From NCBI RefSeq assembly GCF_006345805.1, contig NC_042998.1:170996001-171060000 (forward strand): a stretch of DNA of 64,000 nucleotides. Reading direction: 5' to 3'. The notes below the pieces were generated by a model. That model was not told the DNA's origin, ran no database searches, and saw only the letters and a list, made by a program, of their open reading frames with translations. Position numbers and translations under genes: made by a program. The DNA is from Octopus sinensis (Eukaryota). This document shows, piece by piece, positions 26,270 to 40,439 of the stretch (position 1 is the stretch's first letter; each line of letters begins with the position of its first letter).

Positions 26270-26840
26270 ACCATTGCACCCACTTCTAAACACGAGTGGT
26301 ACTCATCTTCAGTCTTTACAGTTTGCTCTAAATGCCAGGTTACTATCACCATGCATCTCTCCTGGTAAAAGCATATCCTTAACAAAGGATCTCAACAGAC
26401 TGGCCTGCCTGTCTCTTCAGTGCCAGAAAATATCGACCCTCAATAATTGCAGACACTTTATGAAGATCAAATAAAGTGTATTGCTCACACATCTAGGACA
26501 CTGCTGCTGCTGCTACCAACACATCCAGAGAAGATCACTCAATTGATTGACATAAAATCACTCACAAACAGCTCCAACCTCTATCCCACAAGTGACCTCT
26601 TTCTATTTTCAGCTTTTTGTACTGCTGCTGTAATGACATCTGTTCTCTGAGAGGTGGCAAATATACTTCCTCCACATACTCATCTCCCTTCCTCTCATCA
26701 ACCCCAAATCTCACACCTTTCTTCCTCTTCTCAGCCTTGCTCTATCCACCTCCCAGGTCCCATATTAACGACTATGTCTGCTCCTTCCTTCCCAAAAGTT
26801 CATCCCCCAGGAATATTCTCCCTGTTTATATCTTTCATGC
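26270..26840 (+). mobile_element. Decayed LINE RT C-terminal fragment
   Basis: LQTLYEDQI..CSHI and SFLPKSSSPRNILPVYIF resemble LINE C-terminal motifs. Confidence 0.5.
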
Positions 26841-28232
26841 AGGTGCTAACAGAGGGCCTATAATAGCAGTGACATTAGTGCAGTATTTTAAACAAAAGTG
26901 AGGGGAGATAGTTAGATGGTATAGAGGTGGTTGTAGTAATTGAAAGTGAGAGATATAGGAGTGGTTAAGTGGGTTGGGTGTGGGTGGGGGTTCTTACCCT
27001 GAACCCAGCAAGTGAAAAAAAAAAAAGCATTTAATGATCAATGTTATGTATAAATTTGATTACAAACATGAAAGTTGCAAACTTTGTGACAATATTATAT
27101 TACCATGCAAATATAACACTCTCTCATTGGTTCACCATGCTCTTACAAGAAGCCATTTCCATACGCTATGCATACAATACAAAACAAAACTAGATAGGCA
27201 AACTTTAGTAGACAACACATCCATATGCTTCAAGACACCTCACAAAAATAGACAAGTAATGATGGAAGCAGTACTTACAGAACCTCACAATAAACACACT
27301 GACAACATGCAGAAATCACTGTTGTCATCATTGTCCTCATCATCTCCATCATCATTTTAACATCCATTTGTCAGATGGAGTTTACTGAAGCAGATTTTCT
27401 ATGGCCAGATACCCTTCTTGTCACTGCATCCTACTTGTTTTGAAGGAAGGTAATATTTCCCCATGGCCGGACATGTTTTTGCAGCAGATTGGAACTGAAT
27501 AACACTGCTTGTATGACAGTGAAATTCATTTACAACTACAATATGATGTCAAGACAAGGAGACACAAACATACACACATATATTTACAATGGGCTTCTTT
27601 CAGTTTCTGTCCACCAAATCCACTCACAAAGTTTTGGTTGATCCAGGGCTCTTGGAGAAGACATTTACCCTAGGTACTATGCAGTGGGATGGAACCCAAC
27701 ATGATGTGGTTTTGAAACAAATTTCTTAATCACAAAGCCATACCTATACCTGCACCTAATTACAAACAAAAATAATCACCTGAATAATGACTTATATACT
27801 AAATGATCAAAATTAAAATCCCCTTAGTAATGTCTACCCCAATTGTATTGGTTTTGTTACTATAAAGAAGTGGTAACCCATGTCAGCAATACTTCATCTT
27901 AAAGATGTGACTATGAAGATCTAGAAACATTAATGATAGATTTAGGAAGTTTATTGTTAAAAACGAACTGCTTGCATCTTTTTACTCTCTTTTACTCTTT
28001 TACTTGTTTCAGTCATTTGACTGCGGCCATGCTGGAGCACCGCCTTTAGTCAAGCAAATCGACCCCAGGACTTATTCTTTGTAAGCCTAGTACTTATTCT
28101 ATCGGTCTCTTTTGTCGAACCGCTAAGTCACGGGGATGCAAACACACCAGCATCGGTTGTCAAGCGATGTTGGGGGGGACAAACACAGACACACACACAC
28201 ACACACACACAACACACACACACACACACACA

Positions 28233-28263
<31 letters not shown>

Positions 28264-28910
28264 CATAAACATATACATATATATGACAGGCTTCTTTCAG
28301 TTTCCATCTACCAAATCCACTTGGAAGGCTTTGGTTACCCCGACTGAGGCTATAGTAGAAGACACTTGCCCAAGGTGCCACGCAGTGGGACTGAACCCGG
28401 AGAGCCATGTGGTAGGTGAGCAAGCTACTTACCACACAGTCACTCCTGTGCCTGATCTCATTGGAAAATACGAAAAAAAGAAACAAAACACTAGGTAATA
28501 AAAAATGAAACTAGATCACAGTCATGTATTCAATGTCTAAAAGAAAAGCTGTTCTTTGTATGTACAAATATGTGTGCTTGAGTGTGTGTGTGAGTGCGAG
28601 TGTGTGAGTTTGATGTTTATGGGTGTGTTTTTATGTTTACCTATGAGTCGCATGTCTTTAGGTGTACTTTAGTAGTTCAATAAATCAATTGAATAAGTAC
28701 TATAAGAACTTAAATAAGAAATAAGAACTGGGTTCATTACAATCAACTAAAATGTCTGAAGGTGATTGCTGCGAGTTCAGAATAAAGGAATAAAGGAATA
28801 GACAAAAAATAAAAGAGAAGGTGATGAAAGCAAAACTTGAGTGAGAGCATAACAACAGAAACAGTAAAGACAGAAATACACACACACACACATACACACA
28901 CACGCGCACA

Positions 28911-28946
<36 letters not shown>

Positions 28947-29639
28947 ACGCACACACACATGCATCAACAACATTTGACGTCCACTTTTCCATGTTGTTGA
29001 GACAGATTTTCTATGACTTGATACAGTTCCTATTGCCTGACCCTCATCTGTTTTCAGGTAGGGTAATATTTTCCCATGACCAGACACAAACATGTCTTGT
29101 TGCTTGCATGACAGTAACACTAATTTACAACTGTCAATCAATGTCAAGGAAAAGACCTCTACATACACATAAACACACACATACACACACACATGTATAT
29201 ACTCTTTACTCTTTTACTTGTTTCAGTCAGTTGACTGTGGCCATGCTGGAGCACCGCCTTTAGTCAAACAAATTGACCCCCGGACTTATTCTTTGTAAGC
29301 CTAGTACTTATTCTATCAGTCTCTTTTGCTGAACCACTAAGTAACAGGGACGTAAACACACCAGCATCAGTTGCCAAGTATTGGTGGAGGGGGACAAACA
29401 CAGACACAGAATCATATACACACAAACACACACACACGCACACATATATATATACATATATACAATGGGCTTCTTTCAGTTTCTGTCTACACAATCCACT
29501 CACAAGGCTTTGGTTGGCCCGAGGCTATAGCAGAAGACACTTGCCCAAGGTGCCATGCAGTGGGACTGAACCTGGAACCATGTGGTTGGTAAGCAAGCTA
29601 CTTACCACACAGCCACCACTACGCCTATATATATATATA

Positions 29640-30542
29640 CAGGGTGTTCCAGAAGTCTTGGGCACATTTCAAGTCCTCATATCTGCTGGACTATGATTGG
29701 TAGTAAGATGAAACTGGTACCATTTTAAAGCTAAATTCATTAAGTATTTTGTAATGCTAATGATTTTTTCATATTTTTTCAGATCCAGTAATGGCGTTCA
29801 CTCAACCAGAAAAGGCGTTTTGTGTCCTTGAATTTGCAAAAACTGAATCATGGACACTTGTTCAACGTGCATTTTGCATAAAATTCCGAAAGGAGGCACC
29901 AGAAAGAAAGTCCATATTGAGATGGCGTGGTAAATTCATGAAGGATGGGTGTTTGTGCCCAGCTAAGAGAACAGGACACCCCTCAACTTGAGATGATATG
30001 GTTGAGCAAGTTTGAACTGCCTTCGAGCGGAGCCCCCGTAAATCGATCAGAAGGGCCAGTAGGGACTTCATTTTCCAACAGGATGGGGCGTCACCGCACT
30101 GGAGGCTCAGGTTTAGACAGTATCTGAACACAACACTGCCAAACAGATGGATTTGACGGTCTGGGGGAAAGATGATTGCGTTCTCATGCCCTGTCCTCCC
30201 AGATTTCCAGATCTCACACCCTGAGATTTCTTTTTGTCGGCGTTTGTGAAAGAACTGGTCTATGTGCCTTCCCCTCCAAAAGGCATGGATGATCTGAAGG
30301 CCCGAATAACGAAAGCTGTTGCAACCATCGACAATGCAATACTGGAACGCGTTTGGCAAGAACTGGACTATCGGCTTGATGTGTGCCATGTGACCAACTG
30401 AGCTCACATAGAACATCTTTGAACATTCCATAAAAAACCTGAAATTGCAGGCTTTCAGAATATATCAGATGCGTTTTTATGTCCTTAATAGTTGTTGAGA
30501 TATTCAATGTCAAAATTTGCCCAAGACTTCTGGAACACCCTG
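29640..30542 (+). mobile_element. Tc1/mariner-superfamily transposon (rosa/DD41D-like), internally deleted
   Basis: Perfect 25-bp TIRs CAGGGTGTTCCAGAAGTCTTGGGCA, TA flanks; N-terminal HTH ORF 29791-29991 joined to FQQDGASPH...PDLTP*DFF. Confidence 0.88.
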
Positions 30543-32699
30543 TATATATATATATATATGTTATACTAATACATCTGTTTGTTTTGTACACCACCTGTCT
30601 TCATCTTTTGTTTTTTTCGTAAACTCTCCCTATATATATATGTATATATATATAAAAGTAGATAAATGGTCCTCCTGTAGCACTTGCATAGCCTTACCTG
30701 CCATCTTGGGTCTTTGGATACCAATACCTCTCATATATATATAACAGGCTTCTTTCAGTTTTCGTCTACCAAATCCACTCAAGGCTTTGGCCTGAGGTTA
30801 TAGCAGAAGACATTTACCTCTGATGTCATGCAGTGGAATTGAACCCAGAACCATGTGGTTGGGAAGCAAACTTCTTACCACACAACCGTGTCTGCATGTC
30901 TATATATGTATGCAAGTATAATGTATGAATGAATAATTTGATATTTGCCAAACATGCTTCCTGACTCATGTATAAAGACAGTAACTTTTAATAAGAACCG
31001 GCTCAATCTGTGATGATATATTCAAATTACACCTGCATGACAAAATGAATGTTAAAGGTAGGTGGAGATGATAATGTTAATATTATACATGCACATCCTC
31101 ATCATCATCATCATCATCGTTTAACGTCCGTTTTCCGTGCTAGCACGGGTTGGACGGTTCGACCGGGGTCTGGGAAGCCAGGAGGCTGCACCAGGCTCCA
31201 GTCTGATCTGGCAGTGTTTCTACAGCTGGATGCCCTTCCTAACACCAACCACTCCGTGAGTGTAGTGGGTGCTTTTTACGTGCCACCGACACAGGTGCCA
31301 GGGGGGTCCGGCAGCGGCCACGATCGGTTGGTGCTTTTTACGTACCACCGGCACAGAAGCCACTCAAGGTGGCGCTGGCATCGGCCACGTTTGGATGGTG
31401 CTTTTACGTGCCACCGGTATATACATTATCATCATTTAATGTTTGTTTTCCATGCTCGCATTGGTTGGATGGTTTAAGAGAAACTGGTGGGTCAGAAAAC
31501 TGTACCAAGCTTTGGTGTCTGCTTTGGTATGGTTCCTGTGGTTGGATACCCTTCCTAATGCCAACGTCTCTACAATTGTACTGGGTGCTTTTTACATGAC
31601 ACCACCAACAGTGAGGTCACCAAGCAACTTGCAAGACAAGACCCTTCAGCTGAGGTGGAGATAACTACTGAAGGACCGAAAAAGGTGTCTTGCTGTAAAA
31701 GAGAAACATGGCTACTTCACGTGGAAAAAGAATGGAGAGAAAGGGAGAGAGAGAGACAGAGATAGAAGAGAGAGAAGATGGTGAAGATATGATGGGGGGA
31801 GGAGTAACATACACACACACACACATGTATATATGTATGTGTATATTAATCAATGAAATTTCAACTTAGTCTGATTTTCATGTTTCATTATTTGCAATTT
31901 TTACAATTTTTCAATTTTATGATATTGAAATAAACTTATACTTTCATGCATTATGCAATTATCAGGTTTATGTAGTGACAGTCTTGTTCCTCAACAGACA
32001 GTTGTAGCAAAATTCTTGGATTTATCCTTTAAATACCCTCCGATGGGCTCCTGTTGGTTGAACTTTCCAGACTGTTTTTTGACCAATCAGCATGTGGCTT
32101 AAATGTAATGGATTGGTGCATGTGTCAACTAAGTTCTAACTGTATTTCAATTAATCAGTATGTGGTTTTGAGGTCAAAATTTGGTGGGCACATCAAGGAT
32201 TCTTCATTTTGACTACACCTAAAGGAATAATTTGTTTGGCTATATTTTCGAATGTTGTAAACCAAAGGTTCTCAATGGGGGGCCATTTGGAGCTGGAGGT
32301 GGGTGTTTTGGAGCAAAGGGGCACTAGGGAGTGGGTTAGGGTTATGGTGTGAATTTTCTAAGGCTCCTTTAGGGACAAATGGTTTTCACAATGAATTCCA
32401 ATTTAATAGGGATTTACATGATCTAAAGCATATTTGTAGAAAAGAAATATTTAATTTTCTCAAGGTTATGAAAAATCAAATCTTTGGGGCACAATTGCGT
32501 AAATATTCTAAAATATTTATATATATACAAGGATGTATATAAAACTAACTCTGTAAAAATGTATGTGTGTGTGTATATATTTGTATTTTGTGTATGCATT
32601 TATACAAGTATATGTATAAGTTTCAGAAGATATTAAAATAATGGAATAAAAGTTAGTCATATTAAGAGATCTCCCCAAAATCAATTTCCTTAATTTTTA

Positions 32700-34675
32700 A
32701 CTACTGTGGAGAATGAATAGGAGGAGGAAAGCCTGCCAAATGTTGACTCAGTAGAGGGACCAGCTATCTGAATAGACAGCTCCCTAGTAGATAATGCAAT
32801 TAAGGGTATGAAGCCAGGAAAAGCCCCTGGCCATCAGGAATCACTGCTGAGATGCGTAAAACGTCTGGTGGTGTGGGCTATGGCCTAGTCACCTGCATTG
32901 TAAACCAGGTAGTTCATGATGGAGTCATACCCATTGACTGGTGCAGCAGAACCATAGTCAACTGCTACAAGGGTAAAGGTGATGCTTTAGATAGAAATAA
33001 CTACAGGGGTATCAAACTGCTGGATCAGGTGATGAAGGACATAGAGAGGGTCATAGCCCATCTCATTAGGGAGAGAGTCTGCTTAGATGAGATGCAGTTC
33101 GGTTTAGTGCCAGGTAGAAGCACCACTGATGCCATATTCCTGGTTCGACAACTGCAGGAGACATAGGTAGCTAAAGATAAACTCCTATACTTAGCTTTTG
33201 TGGACTTGGAGAAAGTCTTTGACAAGGTCCCCTGCTCCCTTATCTGATGGGTGATGCAGAAGCTGGAGATTGACAAATGGTTAATAAAGGCTGTACAAGC
33301 CCTTTACAGAGATACCGTTAGTAAGGTTAGGATTGGCAATGAGTATAGTGAAGAATTCCAGGTAGAAGTAGAGGTCCACCAAGGTTCAGCCCTCAGTCCC
33401 CTTTTATTCATCATAGTCCTCCTGGCAATAACAGAGGAATTCAAGACGAGTTGCCCCTGGGAACTCCTCTATGCTGATGACCTGGCCCTCATAGCAGAAT
33501 CACTACCAGAACTAGAAAAGAAATTTGGGGTGTGGAAGCTAGGTTTAGAATCAAAAGGCCTTAGAGTCAATGTAGTAAAGACCAAAGTTCTAGTAAGCAG
33601 GAAGGCAAACTCATCACACACCCCTTCAGGTAGGTGGCCCTGCTCGATCTGTAGAAAAGGTGTAGGTAGAAACTCCATAAGATGTACCCAGTGTAAGCTA
33701 TGGACACATAAAAGGTGCAGCAACATCAAAGGAAAATTAACCGAGAAGATAGCTTTCGTGTGTAGCAGATGCACAGGAGCAATAGACACCACAGATACTC
33801 AGAAAACAGATTCTATCACACTCCAGGAGGAGAAACTAGAAGTAGTTGATAGCTTAAGCTACCTAGGTGACCAAGTCTGTAGTGAGGGGTGGATGCTCAG
33901 AGAGTGTTACCACTAGAATAAGAATATCCTGGGCAAAGTTTAGAAATCTTCTACCCCTACTGGTGACAAACGGTCTCTTGCTCAGAGAGAAAGGTAGATT
34001 GTACAATGCATGTGTGCGAACTGCCATGCTACGCGGCAGTGAAACATGGGCTGTGACTGCAGAGGAAATGCATAAGCTCGAAAGAAATGAAGTTAGCATG
34101 CTTAGCTGGATGTGTAATGTCAGTGTGCACACATGACAGAGTGTAAGCGCCCTGAGAGAAATGTTGGGCATAAGAAGCATCAGATGTGGCATACAAGAGA
34201 GACGTTTGCGTTGGTATGGTCATGTACTACGGATGGATGAGGAGAGATGTGTGAAGAAGTGCCACTCTCAAACAGTTGAAGGAATCCAGGGTAAAGGTAG
34301 ACCCAGGAAGAATGGGATGAGGTGGCCAAGCATGACCTTCGAACGTTGGGCCTCATAGAGGCAATGACGAAGATATGCAGGAGATATGCTGTGACTGCGA
34401 AGACCTGACAAATGAAGTGAATTCATGGCTCACAGGACGGCCTGCTGTGCTTACCTTGGATCGTAGGGCGACCTGCTGTCCTTGTGGAGACCTATTGAGT
34501 CATGTACATCAACATCAAAATAAAAATCATATGGAATTTGTAGTTGTGATACCCATGCCGGTGGCACGTAAAAAGCACCATCCGAACATGCAGACTCCTG
34601 GCTTCCCAGACCCCAGTCGAACTGTCCAACCCATACTAGGGTGGAAAACGGACGTTAAACGATGATGACGACGAC

Positions 34676-34712
<37 letters not shown>
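32700..34712 (+). mobile_element. 5'-truncated RTE LINE (RT with PHD-type finger, 3'UTR, (GAT)n)
   Basis: ORFs 32852-34358 carry QFGLVPGRSTTDAIF, QGSALSPLLF, LLYADD and RRLRWYGHV. Confidence 0.93.
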
Positions 34713-35183
34713 TTTCTGGCACACATATTTATGCAATTTTGATTTTGAAGTATTTAAATGATTATTTGGAAATTATAAAGAGTAGCGAATGATAGATTTG
34801 GACTGTCTGTAAAAGTGAAGACAAGGAGATACACATGCACATACATACATACATACATACATACATACATACATACATACATTGAGCTGTATATTGCTGG
34901 CGATGGTACTTAACTGGTCAGGATGTTACCATCAGTTTTGTGCTGACTATTGCACCTGGTAATAGGGATGACTCTTGAATCATACTAGCTGGAAGTACAT
35001 AACCTTTTTTATGCTGGCAGTATGTATAGATCCTGGTTGGCTTGGTGTTGGTAAAAGAAACCAGAGTGAAACAGAAAAATTACATCATATTCCAGTAGGA
35101 AAAGGAGAGTTACTTCCCATGTCAGACGCATGTATGTACGCGTATGTCAGTCTCTAGTTAAAAAAATGGGCACAATCATGTTC

Positions 35184-35400
35184 TCAAAATGAATTTATAC
35201 TCATAAGGGTAGCATCCAAATATTTTGTTTTTGAGCTCAGAAAAGCAGCTGGATTGCATGAATTTTTTAGAATGATTCTCCTCTCTGCCACACAAAGCTT
35301 GTAACATCTATTTCCATTCAGATATGGTCTAGATTGTTCTAGTAATTTCCAATTGTTTTGGACAGTGTTTCCTCTTTTAATCACCATATTGCTGGCTGAT
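35184..35400 (-). mobile_element. Penelope-like element, endonuclease C-terminal fragment
   Basis: WKLLEQSRPY...CYKLCVAERRII pattern typical of Penelope-like C-termini. Confidence 0.45.
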
Positions 35401-36743
35401 ACACATGCACACATGCATTTATGATGGGATGCTTTGCTAAGATATATATATATAGGTGTAGGAGTGGCTGAGTGGTAAGTAGCTTGCTTGCCAACCACAT
35501 GGTTCCGGGTTCAGTCACACTGCGTGGTACCTTGGCATGTGTCTTCTACTATAGCCTCGGGCCGACCAAAGCCTTGTGAGTGGATTTGGTAGACAGAAAC
35601 TGAAAGAAGCCCGTCGTATATATGTATATATATATGTGTGTGAATGTTTGTGTGTCTGTGTTTGTACCCCTAGCATTGCTTGACAACCAATGCTGGTGTG
35701 TTTATGTCGCCGTCACTTAGCAGTTCGGCAAAAGAGACCGATAGAATAAGTACTAGGCTTACAAAGAATAAGTACTGGGCTTACAAAGAATAAGTCCCGG
35801 GGTCGATCTGTTCGACAAAAGGCGGTGCTCCAGCATGGCCGCAGTCAAATGATTGAAACAAGTAAAAGAGTAAAGAGTATATAGATACTTAATGTATGTG
35901 TCTATTTTGTTTAAAGACTTATAAAAGACTAAAGACTTATAAAACAACTCTGTACAATAAAACATACAAAATAATATAAATGGGTCCTGGTTTTAGACAC
36001 AAACATATAGATTTTAAAAAAGAAACAAAAATAATAGATACACTTCATTAGTATACACGAAATAATTAAGCAAATCCATGTGCTTACACAGAAACAGAGA
36101 ATGCCCACATGACTAAGATGACAATGGTAAAAACCACTCCTCAGAAGAGCATTCTTGGCCACAAGCAATGCACTAAAGAGAGAAATACATAGAATTACAC
36201 AAATATTGATTTACAATGGATATTCTAATAGATTAGTGTATCAAACTATAAAAATTTACAAATACAAATGCAATAAATATATCAGAGAATATACTTAATA
36301 GAAATACACAATCTACACAAAAGCTATTACATGAACTAAATGTACTGAAAATTATCAAACAGCTGAACATATAAAAACCTTCATAAAATACAACACAAAA
36401 TGCATCACATTTGACTATGAACTTAAACTAATAATATACAACAAAAATATCAAAACCAAAAACCTCCTTATTGACAACACAGAGAAACATGTGAGGTCAA
36501 GAACAAATTATGGCTGACCAAAGTGATCTATAAATGTTTCTAACTTTAGGATAATAACTATTACATTGGACAGACCAGTATAACACTCTCATGTCGGCTC
36601 AACATGCACTTGCAGCATGGAGTTAACGCACAACTATACATAACTAGGTAGGAAAATAATAGAAGGAAATACCTGTGTACTTTTAAAATTTCTCACAGAC
36701 TAATTATAGAAACTATACTTTTTGTTTTATAATCATCAAGATT

Positions 36744-39349
36744 TGTGGGGATGAGATGAGCTGGAAAGAAAGGGCTGTGACATCAATTGTCAAGGGGCTT
36801 GACTGGAACAGGAAGGGCAGGAGAGGAAGTGGAGAAAGCAAGACCAGGGTTGCATTCTTTCAGCTTGGGGCACTCACCACGAAGAGATGTCAGCGGTGCG
36901 AGCTAGCAGGATTGGTAGTAGCAGCTGCTTACATTAGGTATGATGGGTAGGGTTTGAGTTTTGGCGTTAGTACAGCTGGACAGTCAACAATGAGAAGGTA
37001 GGTGAACCATATCTTATTTCCCTGTATTACATTTCCCTTGTATGACAAGCTATTTTGGCAATCATGTATAAATATATTTCTGTATTGTTGTTGTTGTCTG
37101 CTTCAATGAGATAGCAGTGAAGATAAGGATCGGCAGCAATGCTGCCAGACATTTCTTTGGTGAAAGAGATGTTGTGGCCTGGATCTGTAAAATCAAAGTA
37201 GTGGCCAGGCTAAAAGGCATCAATGATGTAGCAGTTCTCATGGCCTTGTACCTGGAGGGAAGCACACTGACGAAATGAATGAGGGATGGATGAGGAAGAC
37301 CAATTGAGCATGGCAAAGATTGAGCAGCGCTGGAGGGAAGCCTATATGGAGGGAATGTACACCAAGTTTGCTAAGCTGGGAACAGTCAGATGGACAGGGG
37401 AACAGGTCGATGAGTATACTGCGAAAGTTCAGAGACTGGCCATGCTATCCTTACTGGAGAAGGTCTAGAGAAGACAGCATGACTGGCCTTCATAAATGGC
37501 TTTCCTGACAGCATATTAGTGTGACTGTAACAACTGCCAGGCAGTGAGAAAATGGCAATGAGTGAACCCATTGCTCAAGCCTGCATGTCGACACAGAACA
37601 CCAGGTGGAAGGCAGTGGTGATGGCAGCCTGCAATGTAGTGCAATGACTGGTAAAGAATGAGAGGAAAACTGCTGTGGAGTGACAGCAACTTTTCATGGG
37701 GCGGTGTTTCACATGCCAGGGCCTGCACATGGCAAAGGATTGCACGGTGATGAAGTTCAGACCTATTTGCTACCAGCGCAGGCATACTGGGCATATTGCT
37801 CAAAATTGCAGCCAGGGAAAAGGTTATGGGGAAGTTGTTGCCTCTCAAACTTCCTCTGTGAGTGAGTAGAGGTGCTTCTACAGTTGCTGCCTATACTTGA
37901 AGTCTTGGTTGGGAGAAAGACGTTCAAAGCCCTCATGGATACAAGCTGTACAATGTCTCTTGTGACCCTGAGGGTGACAAAAAAATAGAAGAGGTAGTGA
38001 TTGGGCAGTTGATGGCAGCGAAATTAGATGTAAGAGTAGCAGCAACATGGAGATTGTGGTGTGGGACACAACACTGCTGCTGTGGGTGATTGTGATTGAC
38101 CATGTGGTAGACGGAATTGACATAGTGATGGGGATGGACACAATCAACCACCTTGGAGATGTCAGTGTTGGTGGAGATGTGGTTTTGTTTGGTGGTGCAG
38201 GGGCATCATGTGCCATGAGTCTGCAACATGAGGGGAGCAGAGCTCTGTGAGGGACTCTACTGCTTACACCATTAAGGACAAAGATTTTCAGGTGGTGTTT
38301 GACAGTCAGTGGTGAATGGTAGAGTGGTTCTCGAAAGGGGAGCCCCCAATGCTGAAGAACAGGCTGAGCTGCTACCAGTATACCTTGAAAGGACATGCCC
38401 TTAGTGAGTTTGAAGAAGAGGTAGAGATGTAGATTAAGGAGGGTGTCCTTATCCTGTGGAAGAAGGGGTAGTAAGCAGAGTGCTACCACTAATGGCAGTG
38501 GTGCAGTCAACAAAGGACAAAGTCAGGTTGGTACTGGACTTTGGGAGAGGAATGGTGAGGTGACTGATGTCTGCAGTGAGACACTGCATGGATGGGGACA
38601 AATAATGAGGGTGGCAATAATTGTCAACTTGAAGTTGGCAGCTCCACGTGGGTCTTGTGTTAAATTCTGCATTGAAGATCATAGCAACAGTGCTCAAGTC
38701 TATCCTGGGAAAAGTGGACAGGATAAGAAGGGCCACCAATTCCTATATAGATAACTTCTTGGTATATGGTTGAAGGAGCTGCACTGGGGCTTAAGCTTCA
38801 AAGAAATAGAAAAAAAAGGTTCATTGGTGTTTTGGAGGGGAAATGAGATCCTGGAACTGGATAGCAGCATCAGCAGGAGAGAACTATTCTCAATGTGTGG
38901 GAGACTAGTGGGTCACTATCTAATCGCAGGGTAGCAATGAACAGAATGCAGCTACATCAAGAGATGAGTAGAAGGGGCAAACTAGGGAGACAAAGTGGGA
39001 GAGGGGATGGTGGCAATGATGTGGGGGGATCCTAGCGAGGATGAGAGCAGAAGACCTGTAGGGATGAAGGAAAGAGCTGTGATGTCAATGGTCAAGGAGC
39101 TTGACTGGAGCAGGAAGGGCAGGAAAGGAAGTGAGGAAAGCAAGATCAGGGTCATCCTCTTTTGGCTTGGGGCACTTGCCACAAACAGGCATCAGTGGAG
39201 TGAGCTAGCAGGACTGGTAGTAGCAGCTGCTTACATTAGGTGCGATGGGTAGGGCATGAGATTTGGACTCAGTACAGCTGGACAGCCAACAATGAGAAGA
39301 TAGGTGAACTGTAACTTATTTCCTCATATTAAAGTTCCCTTGTACAACA
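36744..39349 (+). mobile_element. Ty3/Gypsy-like LTR retrotransposon, old and internally deleted
   Basis: Direct repeats 36744-37047 and 39020-39349 with TG...CA ends; TSD agatt/aaatt; purine tract before the 3' LTR; gag-like peptide, zinc knuckles CFTCQGLHMAKDC and CYQRRHTGHIAQNC, protease-like ALMDTSC. Confidence 0.8.
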
Positions 39350-39587
39350 AAATTTTATAAATATCACATGAAAATTAAAACTTGCACATTGCAATGCCAA
39401 AATTAACATGCAAGCACACACATCAAAAAATTAACATGTGGCTTGTGATGTAAAAATATAAAAAAAACATAAAAGTCAAATTTTGATTGCAATAAACAAA
39501 CCATCAAGTAGCTGCTGAGGCATTATGCTGATGGTCAGTAAACTTTTGGCAGGAAAGTCTACACAAATCCAAATGGTATTTAAGAAA

Positions 39588-39826
39588 AGGTGGCGAGCTA
39601 ACAGAAACGTTAGCATGCTGGGCGAAATGCTTTGTGGTATTTCGTCCGCCGCTGCGTTCTGAGTTCAAATTCCTCCAAGGTCGACTTTGCCTTTCATCCT
39701 TTCGGGGTCGATTAAATAAGTACCAGTTATGCACTGGGGTCGATATAATCGACTTAATCCATTTGTCTGTCCTTGTTTGTCCTCTCTGTGTTTAACCCCT
39801 TGTGGGTAGTAAAGAAATAGGTATTT
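39588..39826 (+). mobile_element. tRNA-derived SINE family B with Nin/Deu-like domain (also ~8070, ~15930, ~19928, ~51568, ~56475 (-), ~57780)
   Basis: B box GAGTTCAAAT followed by CCTTTCATCCTTTCGGGGTCGAT..AAGTACCAG. Confidence 0.7.
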
Positions 39827-39976
39827 AAGAAAATAAGAAACAACATCAATGCCAAATCCATTCAATTGAATTCTAGATAATGAGGCTGTAAAGTTGTAAA
39901 AACACTGGGTGTGGATTTAAAAATTCTACAGTCCCAGACAAACTGTAAAAATGCTAATGAGAAAAAAATGAAAATA

Positions 39977-40200
39977 TGATGGGGTGTTGAAAAGTTCCTG
40001 GCTTTAAGGGTATCATAAAAGGCGTGGCTGGAGGCCCAACCTTCCGAGTTCTTTTATGGGTCTTAGAAAAACTGAAGGACTTCTGCAATAAATGTGTGAG
40101 TCTGAGAGGGGAATATGCTGAATAAAATCATAATTAAATGGTCTTCCTGTATTTTCTTTTACCTAAAGCCAGGAATTTTTTTTACCTAAAGCACCCAATC
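39977..40200. mobile_element. Mariner-derived MITE
   Basis: Imperfect TIRs (GGGGTGTTGAAAAGTTCCTGGCTTTA / TAAAGCCAGGAATTTTT..GCACCC); internal transposase end KCVSLRGEYAE*. Confidence 0.55.
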
Positions 40201-40439
40201 ACATAAAACAAAAAAGATAACAGTTCAACATAGCCATGTATTTAACAAAACACACACACACAAACACACATAATTATACATACATATGTGCATTCATACA
40301 CATTTATACATACATACATACATACATACATACATACATACATACATACATACATACATACATACATACATGCGTTTGCGATCCAGGAACAGGAAATATC
40401 AATCAAGTACCTGATGCACAAAAAGGGGTAGAGATGCAG

